From contig NW_003314278.1 in the NCBI RefSeq assembly GCF_000143415.4, forward strand, positions 1,872,362-1,936,361: 64,000 bases of DNA. Reading direction: 5' to 3'. A model generated the notes under the pieces. That model was given only the letters and a program-made list of their open reading frames with translations. It was not told the origin of the DNA and ran no database searches. Shown piece after piece: positions 13,373 to 26,300 of the stretch (position 1 is its first letter; the number at the start of each line of letters is the position of its first letter). This DNA comes from Selaginella moellendorffii (taxonomy: Eukaryota > Plantae > Lycopodiophyta). The position numbers and the translations under genes were made by a program.

Positions 13373-14873
13373 TGTAAGCGACTAAATTTTCCATTCTACT
13401 TTAGTCACTTAACCACACCTCCGGCCACTTGAAGAAGTCTCATTCACAACCTCCATAAGTCCAATTCAGGACTTAGGACTTGCTAACCCCAAGAGTGGCA
13501 TCCGTGCCACTCAACCGTTGCACTTGGTCCAAGTGCTCCACATGTCTGGTCCCAAGACCGACACCCAAAGGTACCACTGACATATCAGCCCGTTACGCTA
13601 AGGCCATGCCTATTGACCTTTGCCGCACTAGTGGTTCAATACCACTTGCATCACAATCCCGTCTCTCCAAAACTAGGCCATCTGTCCACAAGTGGTCAAC
13701 CCAGATCCACTCCTTAGCATCTTTAGGATGCCTACAGACATGGGGAATAGCCTTCCCCAATATCCCTTTGTCAATTCCTACCAAGTCCCTTTTCTGCTCA
13801 TGGCCATGTTCGTCGACACTACCACTAGATCAAGGCCTGCAGGCACGACCACTAAATCCCATGGTCCTCTGGGACTTCCTCACCATGTGACTGTATCCTT
13901 AGTCACTACACTAGAGGACTACTCCTCCTCCTTTCCCCCATTTGGGACTCCGGGACAACATTTCGGAACACCGTGGGCCTACGCGAGCCCCGTGGGTACT
14001 CTCCCCACCTTCCACCTTTAGGTGCTCTAGCCATGGGCTTAGAGCAAGGTTCTGTTGAGCCACGCCTAGTATCCAAGTAGGTAGTTTCACCAAGCTACCT
14101 CATTTGTCGGTCTGTATTCACTCTAGTCTTGGACTTCCCAGTGGTCAGTTCATCACCCAATATTGGGTCTGGCCTTCCTGGGCCAAACTAGCCTTTCCTA
14201 GCCAAACTGGCTCCACTGCAGTCCTCCCCCTTACTATACTTTTGGAGCTCACCAAACCCCCCAGGGTCTGGGAGACGAACGCTTAGGGCTTTCACCCTCT
14301 CAGACTCGAACTCGGACTCGGACTCGGACTCGGACTCAGACTCGGGCTTGGGCTCGGTCTTGGCCTCCGCCTTGGTCTCGGTCTTGGTCCCGGTCTCGGT
14401 CTTGGTCTTGGTCTCGGTCCCGGTCTCGGTCTTGACCTCGAACTCCATCTCGGGTCCTTCTCGGACTCCATCTCGGATTCCATCTCGGGTCCATCTCGGA
14501 CTCCATCTCAGACTCCGTCTGAGTCCATCTCGAACTCCATCTCGGACTCCACTTCGGACTCCATCTCGGACTCCATCTCGGACTCCACCTCAAACTCCAT
14601 CTCGAACTCCAACTCAGGTCCATCTCGGACTCCATCTCGGACACTTCCACGTGTGATGTATTGGTCCTTTTGGGTCCCTTTTTGGAGTCTCACTTATTGC
14701 TTGCTTCGTGCTTGTTCCTCAAACCCTTTGTTGGGAGTTCCACTCCCGCTCTTGACCTTTCAAGTCGGAGCTTTTAGTCCAAACGTGTTACGCTCGTTTG
14801 GCTTTCTCTTCGGCCACTACTACGTGGCACCCTTCTGGCTCCACTTTGGGGCCTAGGGATTTTGTGTCTCATA
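13373..14873 (-). mobile_element. Solo LTR, family C (related to B), with 5-bp TSD TTAGA
   Basis: Plus-strand ends are TGTAAGCG... and ...TCTCATA. TTAGA occurs at 13368-13372 and 14874-14878. The U5 end resembles family B (ggaaaattt.gt.gcttaca). Confidence 0.85.
14299..14642. repeat. 6/12-bp minisatellite inside the family C LTR (CTCGGA, GGTCTT/GGTCTC, CTCGGACTCCAT units)
   Basis: Tandem arrays are directly visible and generate the spurious ESES/PRWS ORFs. Confidence 0.9.
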
Positions 14874-15620
14874 TTAGACTCCATTGTGGTGCTTTTTGCA
14901 TGATCACTAGGCATCTTCCACTAGTGGAAATCCTTGCCATATGCTTCTTTGAAGGGATTTTGAAGAGTAGCAATATAATTGAGAATAGATTTTTTGGTGA
15001 AGGAATCAACGAAAATCCCATTAATTCTTCAATTTCCCTCTGCACCATTATGAGGTTGTCATATCCATCTTTCTTTAAGTCCTACTTAAAAAAATAAAAA
15101 TTAAGAGTCAAGGGAATCCCTCTCCTCTCTTTTTTTCTCAAAGCCCAAAGCATGCAGAAATAGTGTGTTATTAGCCATCAATTTATATTGCAAAACTAAA
15201 AGAGAAAACTTAGGCTAGAATCACTCCACTCTAATACTTTGTATTGTGAGGGGCTCTTTCTTATATAGTCCTTGGATTATTTTTTATGTTTTATTGTTGA
15301 TATTATAAAATATTAGTGTATTAAAGGTGGTAGATTAGATGACCATTCTTGAATGTATAGGTTACACAAGAAAATATTTTTAAACAAGGTATACTTAAAT
15401 GTAGGAGTTATATAAAATATCATTTTATAAAGGTGGTGAAAGATAAAGTTTGTGACAGAGTAAAATGGATGGGTAATAGGATGAATACAAGATAAAGGAG
15501 AGAGTAGTTGTGAAAAAATTTTGTTTTTTTTTTTTTTTTACTTTGACTTCAAATATTAGGTCATAGAAAAAAAGTGGTTGTAGAATAGTAAAGTGGTAAG
15601 GGTAAAGGTATAAGGGGATA

Positions 15621-15624
<4 letters not shown>

Positions 15625-15676
<52 letters not shown>
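15625..15676. repeat. (TA)26 microsatellite
   Basis: Perfect TA run. Confidence 0.97.
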
Positions 15677-15680
<4 letters not shown>

Positions 15681-15719
15681 TTTGAATATAGCATTTTTAA
15701 CCGAAAAGTCACAGTGTTT

Positions 15720-16086
15720 AATTAAGACTTGGACGACCACACCTTGCCACTAGACTCACATTTAGAAATTTCCTCACTAAAGTTCTTCTTATGTTAGGAT
15801 TGCTCATCCATAGATCAAAGGCTCCATCTCTAAAGGAGGTTTCATCTGTCTTAATGCACTTATACCTTGCTTTAGCTATCTCTTTTAACAATCGCTTTGG
15901 GCTTTTACCCTGTGATTTATATTAATACTTGGATTTGGTCTTAGATTTGGTCTCGGACTTAACTTTAGTTTTAAAGTCAGTATTGGACTTAATTTCACAC
16001 TCACTCTTATTTAATAAACTTGTTATTGTTTTGGTTGTGATTTCACAGATTCTTTAGCATATGACATAAGGAATTGGTTCCTTACA
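15720..16086 (-). mobile_element. Highly eroded family B LTR remnant
   Basis: tttagcatatgacataaggaattggttccttaca (to 16086) matches the reverse complement of the family B LTR start. A degenerate ttggtctcggactt repeat lies at 15930-15990. Confidence 0.55.
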
Positions 16087-16239
16087 ATGTGGTGGGTCCT
16101 CTAACATAGTGGAATAAATAAATAATAACTATAATAATAATAATAATAATAATAAATGTAGAAAACAATTTAACTTTAATAGATGAACAGAACATTTTGC
16201 CAAACATGAAGAGTTTATTCATAATGAAAGAAGATATGC

Positions 16240-17257
16240 AGGTGTTTGGGCAATGGCTCCACACTAAGCTTTTCCACCCCTAATGTTTCTACCTTTGCCA
16301 TGTTAATCCAGCAGTGTGTAGCGATTGAGAGCCTGAGCACAGGATTGCCACTCACGGATCCTCCACAGCCAACACAGTGGCAACACATTCCTGGGCAATC
16401 TCCTCATCACAATGTATGCCTATTGTGGGAGCTTGGAGGAGGTGAGGGCAGTGTTTGATGGCCTTGACTTCCCCAATATCTTCTCCTGGAACGGAGTTGT
16501 GTCAGCATACACGCAGGAGCGGCAGCTGAATCGGGAGCTCTTTGATGGGATGCTGGATCGCGATGCCGTTTCCTGTAATCTCATAGCCAAGGCGCATGCC
16601 CAGTCTAGGAATCTGGAATCGGCCGTGGCCAAGGAACGTCATCTCCTGGACTGCGATCGTCGCGGACTACTCCCAGTCCGGGCACATCACTGAGGCAGAG
16701 GCGATCTTCCAGAGAATGCTCCACGACACAATCGGAGGGAACGCCATGGTCACAGCATATGCTCATCACTGGCATTTGCGCGAAGCGTTCACTATCACTA
16801 TCTTCGACACCGGTCAAGAACGATCTCTCATGGCATTTGATGCATTCACCGTGAACTCCAGCCCAGAGGACGCGCCACATTTCTTCGAATCTGTGCCTTG
16901 CCGGAACGTTGTGTCGTGGAACGCTTTATTCGCAGCAGTTGCCCAAAGAGGGCGCTTGGTGGAGGCCAGCAGGACTTTCGAGATGATGCCACAGCTGGAG
17001 CTCGCGTCGTGGAACACCATTATCACTGCGTTTGCAACACCGGCTATCTCTCCAGCTGGCGAGAGCTCTTCGCAACGATGCCCGAGTTTGATATCATCTC
17101 CTGGAACACGCTCATCGCTGGCTATGCCGAGAATGGCTCGTACAAGACCGCCGTGGAGCTCTTCCGGGAGCTCAACCTCGAGGGACTCAAGCCTACTGAG
17201 AGCACTTTCGTGGGTCTACTGATAGGATGCAACTGCGTCCGACCAACAGCTTTATAG
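16240..17257 (+). pseudogene. PLS-class pentatricopeptide repeat (PPR) pseudogene
   Basis: MYAYCGSLEEVRAVFDGLDFPNIFSWN, RNVISWTAIV, RNVVSWNAL and DIISWNTLIAGYAENG are spread over several frames; truncated before any E domain. Confidence 0.9.
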
Positions 17258-19060
17258 ATGTTGGCCAAGAGCATCCGAGCGCCGTCCTCGCTCGGATCCA
17301 GCTTGAGTGCATTCTCTGCCGCTCGCTCTCCACGCTGGACGTCGCGGTGAATCCCACAGCCACCGAGAAGAGCCCCCCAGCTCGCAGCATCCAGTTCAAA
17401 CGGGATAGAACCCAGAAGCTCCTCGGCCTCTTCGAGCTGTCCGGACCGGCCGAGGATATCAACCACGCAGCTGTAGTGCTCGCGGACAGGATCCACGTCG
17501 AAGTCGAAGACCATCGATCGGAAGTAGCCGAGTCCCCGAGAAAACAATCCCGCGTGGCTGCATCTGCCGAGCACGCTCGTGAACGTGACTGGAGTGATCC
17601 TTCGGCATTCATGGCGTAGAAAAACTCCATGGCGTCGGAGAAGCTCTCGGCCAGAGTGTAAGCCGTGAACATTGCGCTGGAGAAGACGACCTCGGAAGAC
17701 ACCGGTGGCATGGCGTCGAAAGTGTCTCATATACCCGTTCCGGGCATAGCCCGCGATCATGATCGTCCAGGAAACGCAGTCCTGCTGTGGCATGCTGGAG
17801 AAGAGCTTTCGAGCTTCGTCGACGTGCCCGTGCTGTCGCCACTGCGATGTTCCACGAGACGATATTCCTCTCCGGCATAGCGTCGAAAGTGTTCCGTAGT
17901 TCTTCGATGTAGCCATGCTGCGAGTAAGCCTCCAACATCGTGTTCCAGGCCAGGATGTCTTTCACCAACACTTCGTCGAACACCGCCTCGGCCTCGTCGA
18001 TTCTCCCGAGCTGCGAGTATTGGCCGTGGTGAGCACCAAGTTGTGGACTGGCTCCAAGTGATTGCTCTGAGCGTAGGCGGCGACGAGAGACGTCCAGCAA
18101 TGGCGTCCCGCTGCGGCATCTTGTCAAACATCTGTTTTGCTCGGTCCAGATCGCCGCTCTGAGCATACGAGGAGAGAAGAGCTGTGCACAAGACGATGTT
18201 CTGGACGGGCATCTCCTCGAAGATGAGCCGACCTCTCGGAGCTGGCCGTTTTGCGAGAAGGCCTGGATCATCGCTGTCTGGGAGATGATGTCCTGGTCGG
18301 GCATTCGGGCGAAGATGGCCTTGGCTTGCTCGAGATCCCCCGACTGGATGTGCACTATGAGCATTGAGGTGAGCGCGACGAGATCGTGCTCCGGCATGTT
18401 GTGAAACACCGCACGAGCTTCTTCAAGCTACCCGTTCTGGGCATATGCAGCGAGCATGGAAGTCCATGGCAAGAGGTTGCTCTCTGGGATTTTGTTAAAG
18501 ATCCCAACTGCTACATGGACGCGGGAGCTCTTGCCATAGGCTTGGATCATTGTAGTCTCAGTGATCGCATTCCTCTCAGGCATCAAAGAGAAGAGCTTAC
18601 CTGCGTCCTCCAAATGCCCGTTCCGACCAAGCGCCTGGATCATAGCAGTCCACGAGACGACGTCGTGCTGGGGCATGGAATCAAACAGAGGTTTCGCCTC
18701 ATCCACGTTGCCGCCGCGAGAACTCGCCGTGATCATTGCGTTCCAGGCAGTGAGGGCATCCGGTGGAACGTTTCCCGGGCCTGATCCAAGCGGCCGTGGA
18801 GCGTAAGCCGGAGCAAGATGTTCCAGGAGTAGCCCCAGCTCCTGGATAGCATGGAAACCATACCTGGCATGGCGCACGCCCCAGCATTTGCCATACATCT
18901 CCACGCAGAAATTGGCGAGGAGCTTGTGGTGGCGGCATTCAGCGCTGGCCAAGATCCGAGCGTGGAGCCACCGCGCTTGCTCCAATTCCCTGCACGATGG
19001 AAGAAGCACCAAGAACTGGGAGGAAGGATCGCTCTCCCTCCTGGCATTTTCCATCAAGAG
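17250..19060 (-). pseudogene. PLS-class PPR pseudogene with C-terminal E domain
   Basis: MPQHDVVSWTAMIQALGRNGHLEDA, MPEHDLVALTSML and EHYSCVVDILGRSGQLEEAEELL...WGALLGGCGIHRDV...LLANIY; multiple frameshifts. Confidence 0.92.
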
Positions 19061-19099
19061 CCCTAGAACACTTTCCCGGTATGTTTGAGGTCGTTTTTT

Positions 19100-19200
19100 T
19101 AGACTCCCCAACTCGGTATTTGTGGTGAATGATTTTATGCAGGAAAAGCCATTGGGGGGGGGGGGGGGCGGTAGACTCCCCAACTCGGTATCTGTGGTGA
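19100..19200. repeat. 29-bp direct repeat pair flanking a poly-G tract
   Basis: tagactccccaactcggtat.tgtggtga occurs at 19100 and 19172, with a G-run at 19154-19168. Confidence 0.85.
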
Positions 19201-20312
19201 GTGATGAATCCTCCTGGCTGGAAAGAACAATCTAATAAATAAATTTCAATAGAAGGCATTAAAAATGTCCTTGTATCTTAGGTACTGTATGAAAGTTTGT
19301 TGGTTGCTGTCTTTGACTGGAACAAGTGCAAATTAGTATAAAACGTCCATTGTGTAGTAGATGCCAAGTTGTGGAAAATGCAATGCACTAAAAACTCTAA
19401 TTTGTGTGAGAACAGAATATCCAAATAGGATAGCTCCAAATAAAGAAGTATCCCCACATAGATTTCCCCAGCCAAAATCATTGTTACTCTCACAAATGCC
19501 AATTTCTCATAAAAAAAAGAAAAATTTAGCAAAGAAAAAGGGAAAAGATACAAAAGATGTTGTGTCACTTGGTAGGATGTGGATATATGTTATCACTAAA
19601 AAAATCAAGAAAAGAAACAAAATGAAACTCTAATACTTAAAATGCCTCAAGGGGAAAAAAATTTCATATAAAATCTCTCAACTTTGTGCACGAAATTGGG
19701 TGTGGATAGATTTTTTGGAAAGCTTAGACTTAAACCAAGAGAATGAGACCAAAATCATGAGTTAAGATGCTCAAAATCTCAAAAACAATTTGACTCAAAC
19801 ATCAAATTCTAGACAAAAAGAAGGAGAACACAAGAAAATGCACTCCCTAACACAAGAAACACTCACCTTTGGCATTAGCAAAAGGTAATAGCATGGCCAT
19901 GATAATCTCCATAAGAATGGTGCCTAGAATTCCCCCAAGATCAAGCAAAAAACTTGCAAGTTTGAGATGTGAAATGCCGTAAGAGAAAAATTATTGTGTG
20001 TCATGGCCTAGAGAGAATTGGCTGCCAAGAAAGGACTCTTTGGAAATCTTGTCTTCATATCTACATGCCTAGAAGAAGAAATTCCAAAATTGGTCCTAGA
20101 ATTGCAATCTTAGAACATTAGAAATTTACTATGAAAACGGGAGAGTGTGATGGACAAAACTTCATGCATGCAGCTGAATCCTCCACAAAATAGGGGGCTA
20201 TTTAGCTCATTAGAAAGAGGATGCCAAGGCGCACTGACTCAAAGAAAAAAAAACTAGAATTAATACCCTAATCACAAAAAATTGCGAGAAAACTAAGTAA
20301 AAAGAGGGTAAT

Positions 20313-23300
20313 TGTTGCAAATATGACTTTGGGTATCGAAAGTTATCTATCGGCTAATCCTTATGGACACTCTTTCCTTACTACCATAATGGCAGGAAGT
20401 TGGTATTGCTAGACCCTTTATTAGTCCCTCTTGTTCAAGTGTTAGTAAACTGGGCTTAGCATCTGTACTTGGCCGGATGAGCATAAGGAAGGAATTCCTA
20501 AATGTCTATTTAGCTGAGCATACTCAGCCTAGCTTGTTAGTTCTCTTTTCCTTTGTCTTTCACTGGCTTGACAAGAACCCTCGTGTATTGAGCTTGGTCC
20601 CTCAATATCGCTAGATGATAGCTTACCGTGTCTGCCAAACACCCTTGCTATCATGCCATTTGTGGTTAGTCTCATTTTGGTCCCAAATGCTATTTATAGA
20701 AAGTGTCCAGATTTGCTCATTTGGCATATCTACGGAATGTAGAGATTGTCCTGAACACGATGGTGTTCGTCCCATGTCCAATTCACAATCTAGGGACATT
20801 CCATATTTTAGTAGGTTCGAACTTGTCCCAGAGACTAACTCCTGATACTAAGGGAGCTTGGGGGTGAAGCCCAAAGCGTGTGTTCCTCAGGGGGGGGGGG
20901 GGGGGTTCGAAATGTATAGTAGGGATAGTGGGTAGGTCGGGCATGGTTGACCAACTTGAGGCATAGTTTAGCTCCTGCTTGTGTGCTTGTCCTTGTTCTG
21001 CGTTCAGCTTGGGTCTAAGCCCAAGTTCCATACCATGCTAGCTGGTGGAGTACTCATATCTTTGTGTTAAGCCACCAGTATGCCGAAATAGCGCCAGACT
21101 CTGTTTGGCTTCGTTTTGTGTGCTGGTCCTGGCATTGGGATGCTGGTCGCTTCAGGATTATTCCAAGTTGCTCTGGGCTCCTGTCCCTTTGCTCCTTAGG
21201 CTATATGCTTGGGAGTCGTTCCGTGCTCTAGTGCCATTGCTCCTTGGCTCCATGCTTGGGAGTTTGGCACTGTTCCTTCGTTCAGTGGCCTAAGGCCCTG
21301 AACCTTGGGTTCCACACCACTGTCCTTTGGACACGTGGCATGTGACATGTGGCATATGGAGGGTTTAGGTTCTGCTTTCTAGTGTTATCCCATAGTAAAT
21401 CACCATAGGATAAAGGGCAAAAACCACGTGCACTACATTTGGTATCAGAGAATGAGTCTCAGCGAGTACTATACAATGAGATTGGGCAACTAGTCTCATT
21501 GCATATGTAGAGATGAAAACGATGATCTGAGTGGGTACACATTTGGGTGCAATAACTTCGTAATCGTTTCTTGGGTATAGATTTGGTTACCTTCTTGTTC
21601 CATATTATGTGAGCTTGCTCTTGGGCTTATAAGGTGGACTGAGTTGTTCCATTTGCACGAGTTTGCACTTGGGCTTGTGAGTGAGGCACATTAGCAACTC
21701 AAGGTTACACTTTGAGTTGGCAGGATTAATGTTAGCCTATCAGTGGTTCCATGAATTGTTCCATGTACCATGGGTGAAAGTAAACCTTCCCTGGGTTTGC
21801 TATGAGTGGCAAATAGGTTGGTCCGTAGCTGTTTAGCATGGCACTAATGGATCCTTCTTAGGCATGATTATAAGTGGATCAATTAAGACTATAGGGATTA
21901 GTCTATTGGTTCAAGTAGTTATTGGCGTGCTCTCTCATAAACTTTTCTTGAATTTAACTGAAGGCAGTGCAAAAGCAAGTTTAAGGTTGGGTCAAAGATG
22001 AAACCAAAAAGAGAGTTATCAGGGACGAAGGATCAAACACGTAAATCATCTTCTCTTTTTGGAAAGATGATTTGCAACGAGGTGTGACTCATTGCTCGTG
22101 TTCACAATATGCAATCAAAAGTCTCTACCTTGATGCATATTAAAAATGATAGTCTTACAAGTGGTGAGTCATGAGATGGATAGTGGTGAAGTGCTATATC
22201 ATTTTGTCTAGGCTTGCTATTGGAAGACTTAGGTTGCAATGCTTAATTCTTTTCCAGGGAACTTTGCTATTGCTCTTTGAGTAGCTTGGTGTTAGATTAG
22301 TTTTGAGTTTAGTTAGAAAGAGAGTGGCACAAGCTTGTCTGTGTTATGAATAAAAGTTAGTGGTGTTAGGTGTTGTAAATCTCTATCGATGGGGTGTGGC
22401 ATTTATGTTGCATTTTGTCGAATCGAGTTGGCATTTGATACTCACATAAACCTTTGAAGTAATGACATAGGCTTTGCTCGTGGTGTTGCTTAATTGATGA
22501 TCAAGACATTGTGATACTAATATCATATCCACGTGATAATGAGCAATGTATTTACGAAGTTGTTTGGTTAAACAATGATCAACCCCAAAGTGGTTGATAG
22601 TGAAGCTAGTCTACTTGCACGAAGTGGCATTATAGTAGCTTTGACTGGATTCTCAATGATGGTCCATTATGCTAATCTTGAGTTGGTACCTTGTTTCCTT
22701 GAGTTTGCCCATTAAGGTGTTGGAAAAAGGTTATAACATTCACTTGCTATGGCTTGTTTGTTGATCTGTTAGCACTTGGAGTAGATTGTTAGATGGAGAA
22801 GGTGTGTAGTTGTGGCAATAACATTACTAGCACTTGTGTTAATGGAAGTGGTATTGTTATTTCAAGTGATGAGGAATTTTTCCTTAGAGCTTGATTCTCC
22901 ATGTCATTTTTCTTGTTAGTGTTTTGGCTTCACATTAGATTTTGAGGGTGATTGAAGAAAGGTGTTAGTGCAATGTGAATATCCGAAGATGTGGTCTTCG
23001 TGATCAAGCCTTGGATGTTCACTTTGCATTTTGCAAATGTCAATGTTGGATGTCGGAAGAATGGGCAAAGATGTTCGATACTTAAACATATTATGGGTCT
23101 TGAGAATTTATGTTGAGGTGAACTTATGTGAAGTTGTAAGTAGTAAGAAGTTGGTTGAGTCTTAAAAGTTTGTATTCCTGGACTGAGAGTCATTCTTTCT
23201 CTATGATGAAAATTTTCCACAAATTTTTCTTAGACTTTTCCAATGGCTGATCTGTTAATCACTTTGCCTGAAAACCATTCCATTTTTGTAAGCCAGTACA

Positions 23301-26300
23301 AACTAGTGCAAGGGTTGGAGTTGACTTCGGTTAGCTTAGACCTTGTATATAGTTTGTATGATGCGGCCCAAAAGGGATGCTAACTTTTGGGGCTAAAGCA
23401 ATTGAGTTGAATAGAGTCTGGAGTTAGTGTAGGAAAGTGGCTATTGCACTTTTTTAAGAAGGGTGACCCTTATGCCTTTCTTCTGTAGCGTTATGCTTGG
23501 TTGTAGATTGCACCTTGCATTTCATTAAACTCTATGAGAGTAGTGAGCTTTCACTAATCTTGACTTGGTCTTGGTGGCCTTGCGTCTTGGCTGAGGATAA
23601 TGATGTCCAACTTAGTTGTTAAGGCTGAGATGTTGGTACACATACTATAGCTTTGTCTATGAGGAGGTTGTGTACTGATATGATTCCATTTCATGGTCTT
23701 CACTTTAGTTTCGACTGAGTGTTGATCATGCATAGCTAGCCTCTTCAAGGCATGCTCAGAGTTATTAACTAAACGTGTCTATGAGCTTATCGTGGTTGAG
23801 TTGGATTCGAGTGGTCATTTAGTTTATACTTATTCATGAACCTTTATCTTATGTTTGGGATATTACGTTTATGTTGGACAAATATATAACTTAATGGCAA
23901 GAGTTTAATGTTTATGTCTTGTGAAGGCAAGTTAAAGAGTGATTGTTAGTTGCTTTGCGACTAGTGATTGCTTGTAGACTTTGCTAAGAACTGTTAACAC
24001 TTACTTCACTCGATGATGATTTAATAGTGATGGATTTGCTTTACCAGATGGTGTTGTGAAGAATCTTGTTGTTAAACTTACATGGGTTTTCCATGTTGGC
24101 ATGTCGACTATACCTTTGTCAATATCATTTGATTGTGTTTAGTCTGTGGTGTTGGATTTCATTGAGTCTTGGATGTGGTGAATCACTTCTTGAGGAAGTG
24201 TTATCTGTAACAACTGAGTTTTGCTGAAGGATTGGTCTCGGATATTGAATAAAGTATCTTCAACCTTGGTTAGCTTAGTTGCTAAGGGAGTTTTGAGTGG
24301 TGATTCACTCTTGCTTTCATCTAGCTTTGTTATAATGTTGATGGCATTGAAGTGATGCCTTGTTGTTAACATTGTTAATGTTGAGATTCAAGTGAAATGA
24401 GATGTGTCTCTTTAGGATTGATATTGAATTTCATTAGTTTTGATGAAAATAGTGTTGATGATTTGGCTATAGCTTTATGTTATTGGAGCAACTACATTGG
24501 TGTTCAAACGAGATGAGTGGCAAGTTTGAGTTAGTGTGTTCTAAACGAGATTGTTTAGTAAAGATTGAGCTTTGAGTTTTTCCTTGAAAATTGATTTAGT
24601 TATGAACTATGCTAGCTTTACAAGAAAAAGAGTTAGTGATCGTTATTGGAATGTTTGAGTCCTTATTGGATTTGAATTAAAGATATATTGATCATTGATA
24701 ATTCCTCTTATGCTTGTTATGAAATGAGTTACGTCTTCCTATAAGATGGATTCATAAAAGATCATTTAATGATCACTTGTTGAGCATCACTTTGTTATGT
24801 TTAACTTTTGGATTGATGAAGTTATGCTCTTCATTAGCTTTGCATTATGAAGTTTAGCTTATGGATATGTTGAGGAGGATGTTGTGGGTTATACCATGAT
24901 TTCTTCTTTAACATTGAAATTAGTTATGCAAGACTTGTGATCATTATTAGGGAAAACTTAGCTATAAACTTCTTCAAGCTTTTAGTTCCTTGAGTTTTCA
25001 TGTTCATTGTTCCATTTGTTAGAAGTTGTTGGGGAAGGCATTTTGGCTTATTAGCTTCGATGTTGAAGTTGGTTTTGCATTTAACAATCATTGGTGATGA
25101 TTAACTATCATTTAGGGTGGTTGATTATTCTTGTCAAAAGGTTTTTACTTGATTATTGTTGATCTAGAATTATTTGCCATTCCTCGGGATGGTGGATTCT
25201 TTCTTCGATAATGATTATGCATCTTTTTTTTTATAGGATGATTAATGTTATTTTGTGATAGTTAGTTGTTCACTTTGATGGCTAATGGCTTTTCGCAATA
25301 CCATATGTTCTTTGTGGTTTGCTTTGGATTGGTCTCTTGGGTTTGAGACATCAGTAGGATGTTGCTAGCACTTGCTTAGACAACTCTGGTTCCTTGCTAT
25401 TGTTGGTCAGAATCTGTTCAAGATTGGCTAGTGCAATAGTTGGTATGAATGAGTGTTTGTTGGTCTTATTGCATTCATTTTATTCTGCTGATTATTGCTC
25501 GAGTTTTTTTTGATAGATTTGGATGTTATTTCCTTTAGGTGATATATTCGTGAGTATTCTGCTTGCCAGTCAATGATACTTTATGTTCTTTAAGTTATCT
25601 TTCGTAAGTTGTTTGGCATTCTGTCTACAATCTTTGATAGTTAAGTTTCATCATTGAGTTTCCTTGATGATATACTTGCTATTGAATTTTGTTGGATGGT
25701 GATTTCTATGTTTTCTAAACATGATGATCTTGGTAGTTCCTATCTTATGATACTAGTTTATCGGATGATAACTTATTTGGAATACCTTTGTGTTCTAAAT
25801 TAAGATATATTCATTGATAATTAAGTCTCTAAGATATCATTATTTATGACATTGATATTATCTATCTATTAATCTTTAAGTTTGAGCCAGTATAGGGTAG
25901 CTATTATTGACTAGTCACATCACCTACCTCTTTGTCGATGTTCCTTATTCCGTTAAAAGGGCGTGACCGTGTAAACAACTCTAACTGCCTATTTGCAGTA
26001 GTCTATCTAAACCTTACCAACGGGTTTGGTTTCTTTGCTCAAAAGGGTTGGGGCCTCTGCCTTCTCTCTCTATATCCCTGTAGGTAGGGGCATATCACAC
26101 TTTTGTAAGCTAGGTGACAACCAAAGTAGCAAGGGGGGCTAACTCCATTAGTCATTTCCTTGTCAGTGATGGCCGGAAGGTGTCTAAGCTAATAGCGCAT
26201 CCACGTTAGACAAAGAGGTTGCCTCCTAACTCATTTAAGTTGGTGCATTTCTCACATAGTGTGAATACCATGACCTTTTTCTGGAGTTGTTTCCTTGGCA

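Noticed and set aside
14188-14693. ESES/RPRP/SPRW-rich ORFs (also 60576-60992 and 61861-62175)
   Set aside because: Translations of LTR hexamer minisatellites, open in several frames on both strands.
17193-17711. Alternative-frame and antisense ORFs over the PPR and RRA regions
   Set aside because: By-products of GC-rich coding sequence with few stop codons.
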